From Amphiscolops sp. MND2022 (Eukaryota): DNA of 64,000 nucleotides. Location: positions 27,962,001 through 28,026,000 of the forward strand of contig OZ076421.1 of assembly GCA_964187785.1 (NCBI GenBank), given 5' to 3'. Below are positions 1 through 11,625 of this stretch, piece by piece; position 1 is the first letter of the stretch; the number at the start of each line of letters is the position of its first letter. The position numbers were made by a program, and so were the translations under genes. The notes beneath the pieces are model-generated. The model was not told the DNA's origin and did no database searches. It saw nothing but the letters and a program-made list of their open reading frames with translations.

Positions 1-3000
1 CCCAGGCTTTCTGGATCAACTGCGTAAGCTCTTTCAAATAAAATGTCATCTAATTGTGAAAGGCGACGCAAACCCTGAATGTTCGAATACAGACCAAAAA
101 AAAAGAATTTTGCGCTTGGTTGTTCTCGGGGAATTATTTTGGAACACCGCGTCAATCTTACGAAGTATCGTTTTTCAGATCCCTTCGAATACCTAGAAGA
201 GTAACTTTCCATTCACTAAACGGTTCAGCAAAGTCACGTCTTTTTCCGACAACTCGTAGACTTCCGAATTATTAGTGACGAGCTAATTGAAGCCATTCTT
301 AGTAATTATTTTTATCAATTGACTGACTAGGCCAACTGCATCACTTTCACATGGAACCGGTTTTAGAAAATCACCAACACAAGCGGAAGTGAAAACAGCT
401 TTCGAAGCAACTGGAAATCTTTTGACATTATCACAAGCTGTCTGATGAACTAGAAAATTGCACAAGTTGACGACGGCTTTGCTCCAAAAATATGCCTTGT
501 GTATTGGAATGTTCCAATTTCGGACGACGAACCCTACCGCCACACTGAGGAAGCGTTGTTCATGCACTGGGACCTCAATATACATAAACATTGCCTAAAG
601 ACAGGAGAGTGACCAATTTTGAACAACCGAAAACAAATTAGTAACCCTATCAAGTCGGAAAGCAAACCCAGAACAACGGCTTTGATCAAAGAATTGCTAG
701 CGAAACGTGCGGCAGCATTGCTGACAGTCAAGTTTGAAGGGTGGTGTGGCAAGTACCATAGATGCAAGCTATGAGTTGTCTTTACTTCGTTGAAAGGAAC
801 CTTACGTACATAAATTTTGGTAACGTCATCTTCGATAGGTTTGACATACCAACTTGCAGCTCATGGTTCTTACAAAGACGACGTTCGAGTGATAAACGTT
901 GACTCTCTGCCAAGGAAAAATTGTTGGAAAAATTGATGGTTTGCATCGGGATCCCATAATAAGCCACCACAATAGCGCTTTCCAGTAAAGTAACATGTTT
1001 TGTTTCTAAAGTTCTAAGCGCATTTTTGTCACTTTGAACGAAAATCCACGCTCACAAATGATGCATAAGATTGGACAGAAACGATGCATAAAGCCTTGAC
1101 TTGGAAACCTGTGTTGCTAACTCAAGTTCAAACTCGTCAACGGTTGCGCCAGAAGATGCGAAACGAACGCTAGTTTTTAGAGATGTCCTTTCAAGACCCA
1201 ACCGATTGGAAGTTTTACGGCCCAAGGCAAATGATTGTCAGAAGTATGATATCCAAGCGGTCAAAAGGTCAAATAAACATTTTGTCTAAAAATCACGCCT
1301 GTTTTTGAAAAGTCTATGACATCAGCTTTGGTAACTTTCAATTGTGGACATGATTTCACATTTTTCAAATCAAGTTTTTCATCTCCAAGTGACAGACCAG
1401 CTCTAACTAGAGCAATAAATTTCAGAGCGGTGCAAGACGCGACTTCCGAAGTGAAAAGATCAAGATTGACCCACGATGTGTCACCTTCCAAGGATCATGT
1501 GACCGCTGGGTCCAACGAGACCTAAACAAGATTCTACATCTTCGGAAACTCAGGAATGGGTGCTACTGATGTCGCTAAAAGCAAAGCCCTGGTATTCGAA
1601 GGGCCACTCATCAATCCTATCTCAAAAACCTTCGAAGCCCCTTTGCTGGCACGAGATAGTAGCAAACTGTGCCTCGACAATAGAAGACATCAAAATTTCA
1701 TTACTCTCGCTTACTTTCATTCAGATCAACACAATCATCGACAAGTCTCGAATTTTTTCATCGCTTTACTTACTTTTTCAGAAGTTCCTCCAATTGCTCA
1801 AGGCGTTCGAACAGCTAACCAGCGAGTTTGTCGCTACCAGCAGCAGTTTTTCCCATCACGGAAATTTTCGAACACATGAAATACTCTAGTGTCCTAATGA
1901 ACGAACAAATCCAAACAAACCCGGAAAGTTGTTACAAAGGAAACCAAATGAAGAAAGACGACCGTTGAAAGAACCTAGCTTTGAGTTTGCATATAGGCTT
2001 CAATTAGGTACTATGGTTTTTATTTTCGAATCAAGAGTCAAAATGGTGGAGCTTTCAAGTAAAAAGAGTGAAGATCGAACAAGCATAGAACAAAAATGAA
2101 TGCAAAGGACAAAAGACCTACGCCGACACTAAAAGATGAAACAAATTCCCCAAAGGTTTACTGTCTAAGGCCTAAGGTTGCGCTTGTTGAAGTGAAAAGT
2201 ACGGAAGAAATAGGTCCAGCCAAGAGGGTGAAGGTAACGAGACAAAATTGCTGCTCCTGAAGTCTTTCTCTGTCTGGAATGATTGAATACCTTTTGGGCT
2301 GAAGCAGCCAAGAAAACTTTTGACAAAGACTCAGTCGACAGAGCGGCTTATGCTTCAGCCGACGACCTGCCAACGAAACCAACTTAGCCTGACCTTTCGA
2401 TCAACGGAGTTGATTATCGAGGCTCTGCGTCCTTTGAGTAAGAGTTTCCGATTGATCGAAGTCGAACCCATCTTTCTTTTTCAACAAATATTGAGTTTCG
2501 AAGTACCTCTTCAGTCCAAACCGCTTTTAAACAAGCATCATAGGGGCGGGAAAGGGACAAATCAAAGGTGGGTCTTTAGAGGCACCAGCATAAACAAAAA
2601 GTTATAAGATGAAGCTGATAGGCGGCAGTGTAAATGAAAAACATCAAAAAGAAACAAGAAAAAAAGACTGCCATAATGGCAAAACTGCAAAATCTAAACT
2701 CAAAAAAGCGCAAGCGAAAGTTTTTTTTTCAAAATGTGAACAAGCTGAAGAAATGTTTTCAGAAATCAAACTTTACAACAATGGAGTATGGTTAGAAACA
2801 GCAAAGAAAATCAGCACCCAGCAAAAAAAATTCAAAATTTTAAATCTGAACAATTTCAAATATGGCAGAGAAAAACTTTCGAGTGTTTTTTCGCAAAACA
2901 AGCCACACTACACAGTTTCAGTATCAACTTATAGTTTGTGAACTATCAAACTTCGAACTCTCGAGAAACCACTGCCGGTGACGAAGAACCCAGTTCGTCC

Positions 3001-3270
3001 ACTGCCCACAGGAACCCAAAGACCAAAGGCTATAACTTGCAAAGACCTCACTGCATCTGAAGCACGAACCGAACAACCCTGAGATCAGACCAGCATCACA
3101 TCGACTCACACTGAGAGCAGACCAACATCAGACAGGTCGTGAAGAGATAGAAAGTCATCGGGCCAAAACTTTTCCTGGGTGTCCTGCCTGGAGCCCTGGT
3201 AGATGGCGAAGTTCTGGTAATGAGTTGCGGTCGAATGAGAATTGTAAAATGAATAAATTTTTGACAACAC
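1..3270 (-). mobile_element. Decayed BEL/Pao LTR retrotransposon (gag/protease/RT remnants), continues past window start
   Basis: Minus-strand translation across stops and frameshifts gives Pao-type pol motifs: PWAVKLPIGWVLKG (~1230-1190), WYLPHHP..NAAARF..SL (767-700), AMFMYIEVP..EQRFL and ..GDFLKPV..KNGFN (591-283, degenerate YxDD region). The upper boundary (possible LTR/PBS near 3160-3270) is approximate. Confidence 0.75.
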
Positions 3271-3760
3271 TGATCACTTAACAGAGTGATATGAAGGAAT
3301 TACAGCAGCCATGAGTGTATTGTACAACAAAGGCATTCTCTTTGATAAAGTCTGTTCTAACTTTTTCATATTTCCGAATGGACCTGTGGCGTTTCATTTT
3401 TCTTGAACTATAATTTGCACTCTGAAGACGCAAAGGATCATTCAATAACTTATGGGAAAAGACGTAAATTATCATTCAAGTCTAAGTTCTTTAGATGCTC
3501 TTTAGATGCCTTGAAGAAATCAGGCAGAAGTTGTGATAAGTCTTGAGCTAATGGATAAATATCACTTGAAGCTGTGATTTTTTGAGTGAAATTCATTAAA
3601 ATGTCAGTTCACGGATCCTATTGACTTTTTAGATAATTCTCCCCGTCTTATCCGTAAATGTCACATTAATTTCTCCATTAGCCACTCTCCTCTGGCTGGT
3701 GGCACTAATAGTTGAATGGCACATTTTAAAATTAATTTACAGACATTCGTGTTCTGTTAG

Positions 3761-4687
3761 CTAAAAGGAAACGTTGGAACAGGGTCACCGAGAAGGAAAG
3801 CAGGTTCTTCTAATTGGAGCTTTGATGAATCACATTCTGTGTATATTTCATTACAGCGTTTAACAGTTCCGGATTCGTCATATGCCCCTATTCTGGAGCC
3901 ACAAAAGTGTAAGGCCTTAACGCATATCTGGTTGGACTTTGTCAAAGAATCGGACTTAGTATTTCTCTCATGCCTTCCATGCCTTTCTCATCTGGGTTGC
4001 AATTCTTTTGGATTTATTAAGTATGGTCGGTATGCGAAACATCGTGCTTTGAGTCGAGTTACAACTTTAGTTATTGAGTCAATCAACTTCTCTGACGGCA
4101 ATTTTTGGTTCTTCACTAAAATCTTCCCCAACTTAGAATCTTTCGAAGCAATTTTCATGCTTCCTCATTACCGTCCCAGTTTCTCTACTCTATCGGGTAT
4201 CTGGCGCAGATTCCATCACCTTACTTCAATTTTAATTTTTAAGCACCGAACAGATCGGTCGCGTTTTATACCTACACTGCGAGATCTCAGTAGCTTGAAG
4301 AATCTTTGTATTGAATTCGAACAACTTGAAATGCAGGATTTATTGGTAATTGATCAGCTTCTTGTCGGGTCAGACTACTCGATGCCTTCCTTCAACTTGG
4401 ACTTTTTCCGATTGGAATCTCGAGTATCGGATGTCATGTTTGATCACTTGTACAATTCCGAGTATTTCCACGATATATTATTCAGCCATAGCTTCGAAGC
4501 TTTCATTTTATCCAGCTACCATGACCGCAAATGTATTTCACCATATATGGCAAGTGTCGTGAATCGGCACCCTACGTTGAAGTGTTTTAAATTTGGCAAC
4601 CACATCATGAACAAATCCGAAGTTAGGTGTGAAATGACTGTGGATCCGAAGTGGTGCGAAAAAAAGTTATATTTTTCAAAGTTTTAA
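3761..4687 (+). CDS. Terminal exon of an LRR-like protein, paralogue of the F-box/LRR gene at 12.9-24.4 kb (5' exons not identified; possibly a pseudogene)
   Basis: Open frame from the acceptor ttctgttag|(3760) to TAA 4687. It shares ordered blocks with ORF 23244-24443: FPNLxxxExxF, WxxFHxLTSxxIF, LRxLxxLKNLCxxF, FxLxxFRLE, RHxxLxxF, WCxxxLYxS. Confidence 0.65.
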   Translation, partial: LKGNVGTGSPRRKAGSSNWSFDESHSVYISLQRLTVPDSSYAPILEPQKCKALTHIWLDFVKESDLVFLSCLPCLSHLGCNSFGFIKYGRYAKHRALSRVTTLVIESINFSDGNFWFFTKIFPNLESFEAIFMLPHYRPSFSTLSGIWRRFHHLTSILIFKHRTDRSRFIPTLRDLSSLKNLCIEFEQLEMQDLLVIDQLLVGSDYSMPSFNLDFFRLESRVSDVMFDHLYNSEYFHDILFSHSFEAFILSSYHDRKCISPYMASVVNRHPTLKCFKFGNHIMNKSEVRCEMTVDPKWCEKKLYFSKF

Positions 4688-5039
4688 TCAGAGTTGAATT
4701 GTGTAAGTGTGTTAAAATTGTTTTACAGAATTTGTTGTTTGAAAATCTGTTCATTGTTTGAAACTTATTGTTGTTTATGAAGATTATTGTTCTGTGTATG
4801 AATGCTGAAGAATTTTATCAAAATTAAGTTTTTCCGATGAGTTTTTTGCAGGACTTTGAATTGTAAGAAACTGCTCTCTTAGCTTTAATGTAGTTTTTAT
4901 CACAAACAGAAATGATGGATTTTTTCAAAATGTGGAAACTACTTTTGCGGTGCTTCAGAGAAATGATCAAAGAAAATATCATGGAATAGTCATAACTATT
5001 GAAAAGCTCTGGTTAGTAAAAGTAAACAAGCCAGAAGCT

Positions 5040-5510
5040 TCATAGTATCCGAATTTCAGTCATTGTCACACCCCGCTGAGTGTAAGATAATTCAGCATTG
5101 AAATATTCCCATGAGACTTGTTTGGCTACAGAAGAAACTACTAACCTGTTGATGAAAAAAAAGATTATGGGAACATACATATTACTTCCTTGAGAACCCC
5201 AAAAGATACTTTTCTGTGTCCATGTCATATCCAACATAGCTGAAATTTCATTCAGTATGAAAATGTCTGAAAGTTTTATGGTTTTCCTGTTTTTTTTTGT
5301 GCCTGATGTACGATTCTTGTTATATGAGACAATATGAAACTTGACATTGCAATTATTTTTTTTCGGCCAAATGCTTTACATGGATGATATATCATGTTAG
5401 CGTTGTATGAAGTATTTGAGACGTCGCGTACTGGCAGATCCCACTATTTTTAACTTCATCTGGTTTCAACGCTATCTCGACATCCAAAAATTCTCAAAAT
5501 TTGAACAAAA
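5040..5510 (-). mobile_element. Possible highly decayed Penelope-like RT fragment
   Basis: The minus strand reads NFLDVEIAL...ILHTTLT*YIIHVKH, loosely resembling the FLDV..YLHxxSxHP block of PLE reverse transcriptases. Weak and fragmentary. Confidence 0.25.
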
Positions 5511-6545
5511 TTTGTTTTTAATTAACATTTGAAAGAGGTTGCAGTTGAATTACTTGGGATAGATCTCTTGTCAACTCAAGTGTATGATATTTTCTCAATT
5601 TCTCCTGACGATTCCGCATTTGTTTGAGAAATAAACTTTTTAAGGCTAATTCTAACTGCGGAATAGGAGAAACTCAAATAATACTCTTCCATGTCGTTTA
5701 CAGCTTTCATTCGCACATTACATAGCTTTTTTCACGCTCTTGTTAAGGGGCTGTGAAGTGTCTTGGGGTTTTACGAATAAGTTTTAAGTCTCAGTTTGAA
5801 TCTTGTTAATTCTTCCCTAATTTTGTTTCCTAAGTATTACAATTCCGATGAGTGAAACCTTTCGGTTCCGATTTCGATGTTCACATAGCACGCATCGTTT
5901 GCTTATCTAATTTATTGGTAATTAGATTTCAAGACGCTTTTCTGTTAGCGCTAAGATTGAAATTGGGTGGCAATAGTCATTAATGAAACTAATTCCTTCA
6001 TGGAATGATACTAAACCTACAGTGATACAACGACACAATCCACAAAATAATATAGAATGCGGAATGAAATACTAAATAATGAAGAGAATTTTAGTTACCA
6101 AGTTCTATTTTTTCACCAGATGAAAAGCCTCTTAAGTACACGATAGTTTTACTCTTGTTTATAGTAATCTTGTTACGGACTGGGGCAGAGAGCGATTCGC
6201 TACTCACCTAATTCAATTTTTCAAACTCGCACAAATCTCGGCTATGAATTTTATTTCTTTTTAATCAGCTAGTATTTTTGCGGGAGTGTAAACGGAACAC
6301 TACTTCGTCTCGTTCATTTCTCTGAAATTTAAGCTTGAAATTCAAACGTAATATTCGAATGCAAAATTATACCCTTTCATAAAAAGTAGTAGAACGACCG
6401 GTACTATATTGTTATGATTAGAATTTATATTGTAATGGTTAGAATTTTTATATGAAGAGCTTAAATTTTGAGCAAACAAAAGTAGTGAAAATTGTTTTCA
6501 ACTTCCAGCGGTTTTGTTCCGGCGATTCAAATTTATCAGCACAAT

Positions 6546-6951
6546 TAGAGTTGTACCGAACATCAAGTCCGGTCCGGTATCCGGCCGGATTTCAGGAAAA
6601 TGTCCTGTCCGGTACCCGGCCGGACTTTTTACAACGTCCGGACGGATATTATCTTGAAATCATAATATTAAATTATCGGAATATCTAACTTAGAAAAAGT
6701 GTATGTGCATGGAAAAATTGAATTTGTGACTGTGAATCAAAATTCATTAAATTATGGCGGAGGAAAAAAAGTTTTTCACCGGTCTGTGGTAAAAGCCTGC
6801 TTCGTTTTTCGTAATCCTCATTGCCCAATCGTGAATACAGCCCTTCATCGCTTCAGTGGAAGATAATGTCCGGTCCGGCCGGTATCTGGCTTCAATCAGT
6901 CCTGTCCCGTTGTCCGACCGCACGGAAATTTTCCTGTCCGGTGCACCTCTA
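6546..6951. mobile_element. hAT-type MITE (406 bp)
   Basis: TIRs TAGAGTTGTACCGAACA and revcomp TAGAGGTGCACCGGACA; perfect 8-bp TSD AGCACAAT (6538-6545, 6952-6959); internal CCGG-rich subterminal repeats. Confidence 0.85.
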
Positions 6952-7011
6952 AGCACAATAAAAGAATACAAGTCCATAACCGATTGGAGCATTAACTTTC
7001 AGAATCTTCGA

Positions 7012-10000
7012 ATGGCAACTAGGCGGCAGCCTTTGCAACATTTGGATACCAATAGGGAAAACATTGATGCTGCCGAAGCTCCACGAGGACGGTCAAAACA
7101 AAAGAGTACCCTTGCCATTCGACATAGAAAAGCACTCAGAACTTTGATGCAAAATGACTTTGAAAGAGGATTATCTCCACATGCAAATTCTTCAATATCC
7201 GAAGACCAAGAAAATTATCATGCACAGAAGCATCGATCAGTGAAACAAAAAAAGACAAAGTTGACTACTCGCCGTCGACCTGAATTGGGTCTAGAATATG
7301 TTGATGATACTATGTCTTATTTTCTTTCGATCGAAGGCAACTTTTTGGTTCCTCGGGACTTTCTAGACAACCGAAAAATTAATATTTACCTTCGATGCGA
7401 TTTGGTTGACAAAATGATTTCGCTCCATCGAACATTGTATTACTGTGATGACGTGTTGCATTTGTGGATCAACATTGTAGATAGATTTCTGTATCGTCGA
7501 CCTGATTTGAAACCGGAGTGTTTAAACCTCGTTGGTACGGCTGCTTTAGATCTTAGTACCAGAGTTGAAGGAATAGGTTGCATCATGTTTCTTACTTCCC
7601 ATAATGCTTTGAATTTTTATTTTCCGTCTCCTTATTTCCACATGGGAAAGGAAAATTGCTAACCGAGCCGCGTTTTTCCCCAAAATTTGCCGGATTCCAA
7701 TGTCGTGTTTTTTCGAAAATTGTCCAGCTTTCGAATTTTTTCATTTGTTAGGCTTTTTATGCATTTTTGTACAGTTTTCATGGGTTTTCGTGCGTTTTTG
7801 TGGGGTAGAAAATCCAAAATGTTTCAAGGCGAAGGGAACAGCTTTTCAGGATGCTTTTTTGAAGAGAAAACCGAGAAGTTTGGTCTCAAAACAATCTTGA
7901 AATACCAAAAAATTAAAAACATTCAGATTTTAACTTGCTATTTTTGTAAAGTTTTCGAGAATTTTCGTCGGTTAGAATATTCTAGAACGGAAGAACCAGC
8001 AATTCAAAACGCTTTTTTGAAGGGAAGTCTGAAAAGTTTTCTTATTATGAGGTGCTCCCTTCTCACTCATCTTAAACTTGATGAAAATGAAATTACAAGT
8101 TAGAAAATAGTGTGAGCTCCAGGTAGCTTTTGTTTCATTTTGAGACTAACCGTTGCCTATTTTCCTTGTCACAAAGAATGAGAGACAGCATTGTAGCAGC
8201 TTATTGTTGCCTCGTGGAAGAAGAAATTTAACACATCTACTTTTCCCGTTCCCAGTAAGCGTGTCGAGAACTGATTTTTTTCACTTCGAAACTTTACAGA
8301 TATTGGAGCTGTATTTTAAAAATTTAAAAGTTCTGGAAGGCTACTTATGAGATACATGTTGGTGAAAAACGTTTTCATTGATTTTGATGTTTCCGGTCAG
8401 GTCTCTAAACTGAGGATAGATGTTGACAGTGAGTTTCATGCCTCGTGGAACCATGCTTAACATGCTTGACCAAAATCAAAACTTCCCATTTTTCATTTCT
8501 ATCAGTGTGGAACGTCTTTAAACCCCGGATCGTAATAACATTCCGAAAAACTATGTAGTTAATTGAGGCTATAGAATGCTCTTGAGAAAGAAACATGATT
8601 TGATAGACATATTTCGCTCTGACAGAGAAGACATTGAGGAATCATTCGGTGAGTTTAGCAAAGCTGACCGTATTCAAATGGAGAATGTCATCCTGTCAAC
8701 TTTGGACTTCCAGATTCTGACACCCCAAAGTCTCTGGTTTTTACTGAGGCTCTTGGAATTTGGACAAGCTCCATCCGAGGCTCAAATGATTGCGAGATAC
8801 ATCCATGAGTTGGTTATTGCCCAAAAACCATTGAATGTTACCGAAAGGTAGTGATATCCAGATAATTGAAAAATATCATCGTGTTGCTATTTTCTACCCC
8901 CACAAATTTATTTGTGATTGGGGGAGGAGAATCATAATCTGTGTTGCGTTTTTTAGCAATTCTGCCAAATCTGCACGATCTTCCATCCACTTCAGTTAGT
9001 ACCTAATTTAGTTTGGCTCAGTTGGTAGTGCATTAGAGTGCATTGGCAAGCTAAATTTGCTCAAAGCACAATTTTGTGCTTTCAATACCTCGGATTCCAC
9101 GACCATACCTTTAACCGTGCGAAATTGGCAAATTACGTCATGAATCCCGGATTCCACGGATTTTGTCGTGGATCCCAGTAACAAATGCTTTGCTGTACGC
9201 ACTGTCGGCATGCCGCTTTGTCCCGGACTCCACAAAAACGCAAGTTTTGCAAAACGAACCAATCAGATTGCAGAAATCATAAATTTCCTGGATTCCACGA
9301 CTTTATGCTTGACGCGATACGCGGCATCTCTTCTTGAATTAAATTCAAGTGGAAGACTGAACACTTATAAAATTATGCACTACTTTTCGTATATTAATTC
9401 AAAATGATTCAGACTAACACAAAAATATTACACAAATATTCGTATTTTGTCAAAGTGTCACGTTTCTAATTAGTTAGCGTTCTTGGAGGCCTGCATTTTG
9501 TCCTCACGAAAGATATTTCGGGCATATTTTGTCTATCTGACTTCTAATAGCAACGAAATTCGGCTAAAAAGGTAACATCAAAGGGAAATTTTGTCCTGGA
9601 TTCCACGACTTTTCTCAATTTCGTGTCCTGGATTCCACGACAAGCAGCAAACTAGCTTGCCTATGCACTGTAATGTGCGTCTGCCTGGCAGACACGAGGT
9701 TGTGGGTTCGAACCCGTGCTGATGCGTTTTATTTTTAGCGGAAATATCCCGGTACTTAGCGAGCGTCTTGTTACCATTTAAATCCTAAACATCAAACCGG
9801 CTGTCCATTTTTGGAATACCTTTGCAAGTTTCTCCGATTGTGTGAAAAAGAGCCCTCTCAGAAACATGATTTCTTAAAGTGAACTGAATAAAAACAGACT
9901 TCGTGAAAGTGTTCAAATTAGTTATGTCATGAAAACTGTTTTGTTGTGAATTATATTTTACGAGAAGAATTTGTGAAAAACCTTACAGTAAATTTGACGA

Positions 10001-10290
10001 AAAGTTTTTAAATGGACATCACTGCCGAAAGGCCTTCGAAATTTGCGGCTTCTGTGCTTTTTCTTGCTTTGAAAATCACGGATGCTAGTTGGCCTTGGGA
10101 TAACACTTTGCAACAATATTCAACGTATAGCAGAGACTCCTTGCTTGACCTCTGCGTTGAATTGAAGAACCTAGTAGCTCTTCGCAGATCTCAGAAAGCA
10201 ACGTATTCCAAGTTTTGCAGCTTGAAGTTCAACAGAATTGCGAGATCGCCGAAGTTCAAGGATTTCGATATTGTAGTACTAAGATGGTAA
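7012..10290 (+). CDS. Divergent B-type (mitotic) cyclin, 3 exons: 7012-7576, 8607-8847, 10032-10290 (354 aa)
   Basis: N-terminal D-box RQPLQHLDTN; cyclin-box N (EYVDD..YFLSIE, LRCDLVDK, NIVDRFL, LNLVGTAAL, QMENVILSTLDF); cyclin C-terminal fold (ARYIHEL, PSKFAASVLFLAL, LQQYSTYSRDSL, YSKF). Splice phases are 1/1 and 2/2 and the total of 1065 nt is divisible by 3. The intron 1 boundaries are less certain. Confidence 0.85.
9011..9725 (+). mobile_element. tRNA-derived SINE-like sequence split by a Tc1-type MITE
   Basis: A-box-like TGGCTCAGTTGGTAG (9014-9028) lies left of the MITE; an anticodon-arm-like GTCTGCCTGGCAGAC and B-box GGTTCGAACCC (9705-9715) lie to its right. Confidence 0.6.
9036..9670. 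mobile_element. Tc1/mariner-type MITE
   Basis: TIRs GAGTGCATTGGCAAGCTA and revcomp CAGTGCATAGGCAAGCTA; TA at both flanks (9034-35, 9671-72); the internal motif GGATTCCACG occurs five times. Confidence 0.8.
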
Positions 10291-11174
10291 TTGCATGTTG
10301 TCTGAACGGTGATTTATCAGTGCAAATATTTGGATTTTGTTTTTTTTTTAAATCCAATGCTTTGAATTTACATGTGAATCAATATTTTGGGTAGTGCTGT
10401 TTTTAATGATTATTGTTTATAAAGTTGTTTCTTGTTTCTATTCTTTTGTAAATTTTATAAATTGATAAACGTACAAATAGTTTTATTTTCAGAAGGGACA
10501 TTATTAGGCCTGATTGAATTTGAGATTTTATTCAATACTTCCATGCATTGTAGTTTTTGAAATATTTGACGAGTTCAAAATACATTTTCCGTCAGTTACA
10601 TTTTCCAATTTTTTTGAAATTTTCATTGTGGCGGAAATAACTCAGGGTGTGCTTCTGAAAATGGCGAGAAAATCAAATATGTTTGTGTTTTAAATAAATT
10701 TGTAATGTATAAAAAATCTTAAGTTGAAATAAAGCTATAATCCTTGATGAATACCGATCAGTTATTTCTGACTTTTTATCTGTCACATCTATAATAACTT
10801 TTCCGTTTTGAAAAATTAGATTGATTTTCGTTATAACTGGAAATGCTTGTCGACTAGTTCGAAAAATAATGTAAGTTTTGTTGACTGTACATAGATAAAC
10901 ATGGCAGCATCTTCATTTTAGCTTTGTAATTCTCTAATTGTAAATTCAGATGTTGAATCTTGTGTGTTTATTATTCGCTAATTTGTTGAATAATTTCTGA
11001 ATTATTGAAACGTGTAAATCAACTTTACATGTAGATAAGTTTTCGTATAGATAAGTTTTGTCACTTTATACAAAGAGGTTGAAATTTTTTGTATCGCATG
11101 TTGAAAAAATTCTCTCAATTTGGTTTAAGACACAATTATTTTGAGGAAAAAATTCAGAATGCAATTATTAAACC

Positions 11175-11625
11175 TAGGGGTGTTCAATATTTTTATCGAA
11201 TAGTATTATTGCTTAAAATAAATTATTTTATTTTCACGGTGGAAACAAATATTTTATTTTTCGCTAAAATAATTATTTTTATTCTCAGCGAAAAACGGAT
11301 ATCAACAAAAACTTAAATTAGCCATCCATAATCAGGCCAAAACGCGACGACAGGGCTTTTTTATGGACTCTTCGACCTTTTGAGTCAGTAGCCCAAGGTA
11401 CTTGACAAAGTTATTTCTAGAAATTAGCTCAATTTGTTTGTTTTTCGAATTTATTTGGCTGACGATTTGTTGAATTAAACGCTCTTAGTTTTAGTTATCT
11501 CAAGAATAATTACTTTTATTTTAACACGTCCAAAAATAATTATTTTTATTCATTTAGTGTAAAAAAATATTTAATTTTGCTTATTATAATTATTCTTACC
11601 CATAATTATTTATTGAACACCCCTG
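11175..11625. mobile_element. hAT-type MITE (451 bp)
   Basis: TIRs TAGGGGTGTTCAATA and revcomp CAGGGGTGTTCAATA; 8-bp TSD ATTAAACC/ATTAAATC (7/8); AT-rich subterminal repeats. Confidence 0.8.

Larger units (their letters stand above)
8849..10024. mobile_element. Non-autonomous hAT-type element forming cyclin intron 2
   Basis: TIRs TAGTGATATCCA and revcomp CAGTGATGTCCA (10/12); perfect 8-bp direct repeat CCGAAAGG at 8841-8848 and 10025-10032. Confidence 0.75.

Noticed and set aside
2609-2941. Lys-rich 110-aa + strand ORF
   Set aside because: A/T low-complexity frame, antisense to the decayed BEL element.
6856-7011. N-terminal extension of the cyclin ORF in the ORF track
   Set aside because: It starts at a GTG inside the hAT MITE; the ATG at 7012 directly precedes the D-box.
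7660-8150. piggyBac-like MITE (AACCGAGCCGC end; related GCGGCTCTGG at ~52583)
   Set aside because: Only one degenerate end was found per locus, with no TTAA pair; insufficient to call.
9011-9725. Functional tRNA genes (also 13.9, 53.4 and 58.9 kb)
   Set aside because: A/B boxes are present but there is no complete cloverleaf or acceptor stem; all are embedded in repeats.
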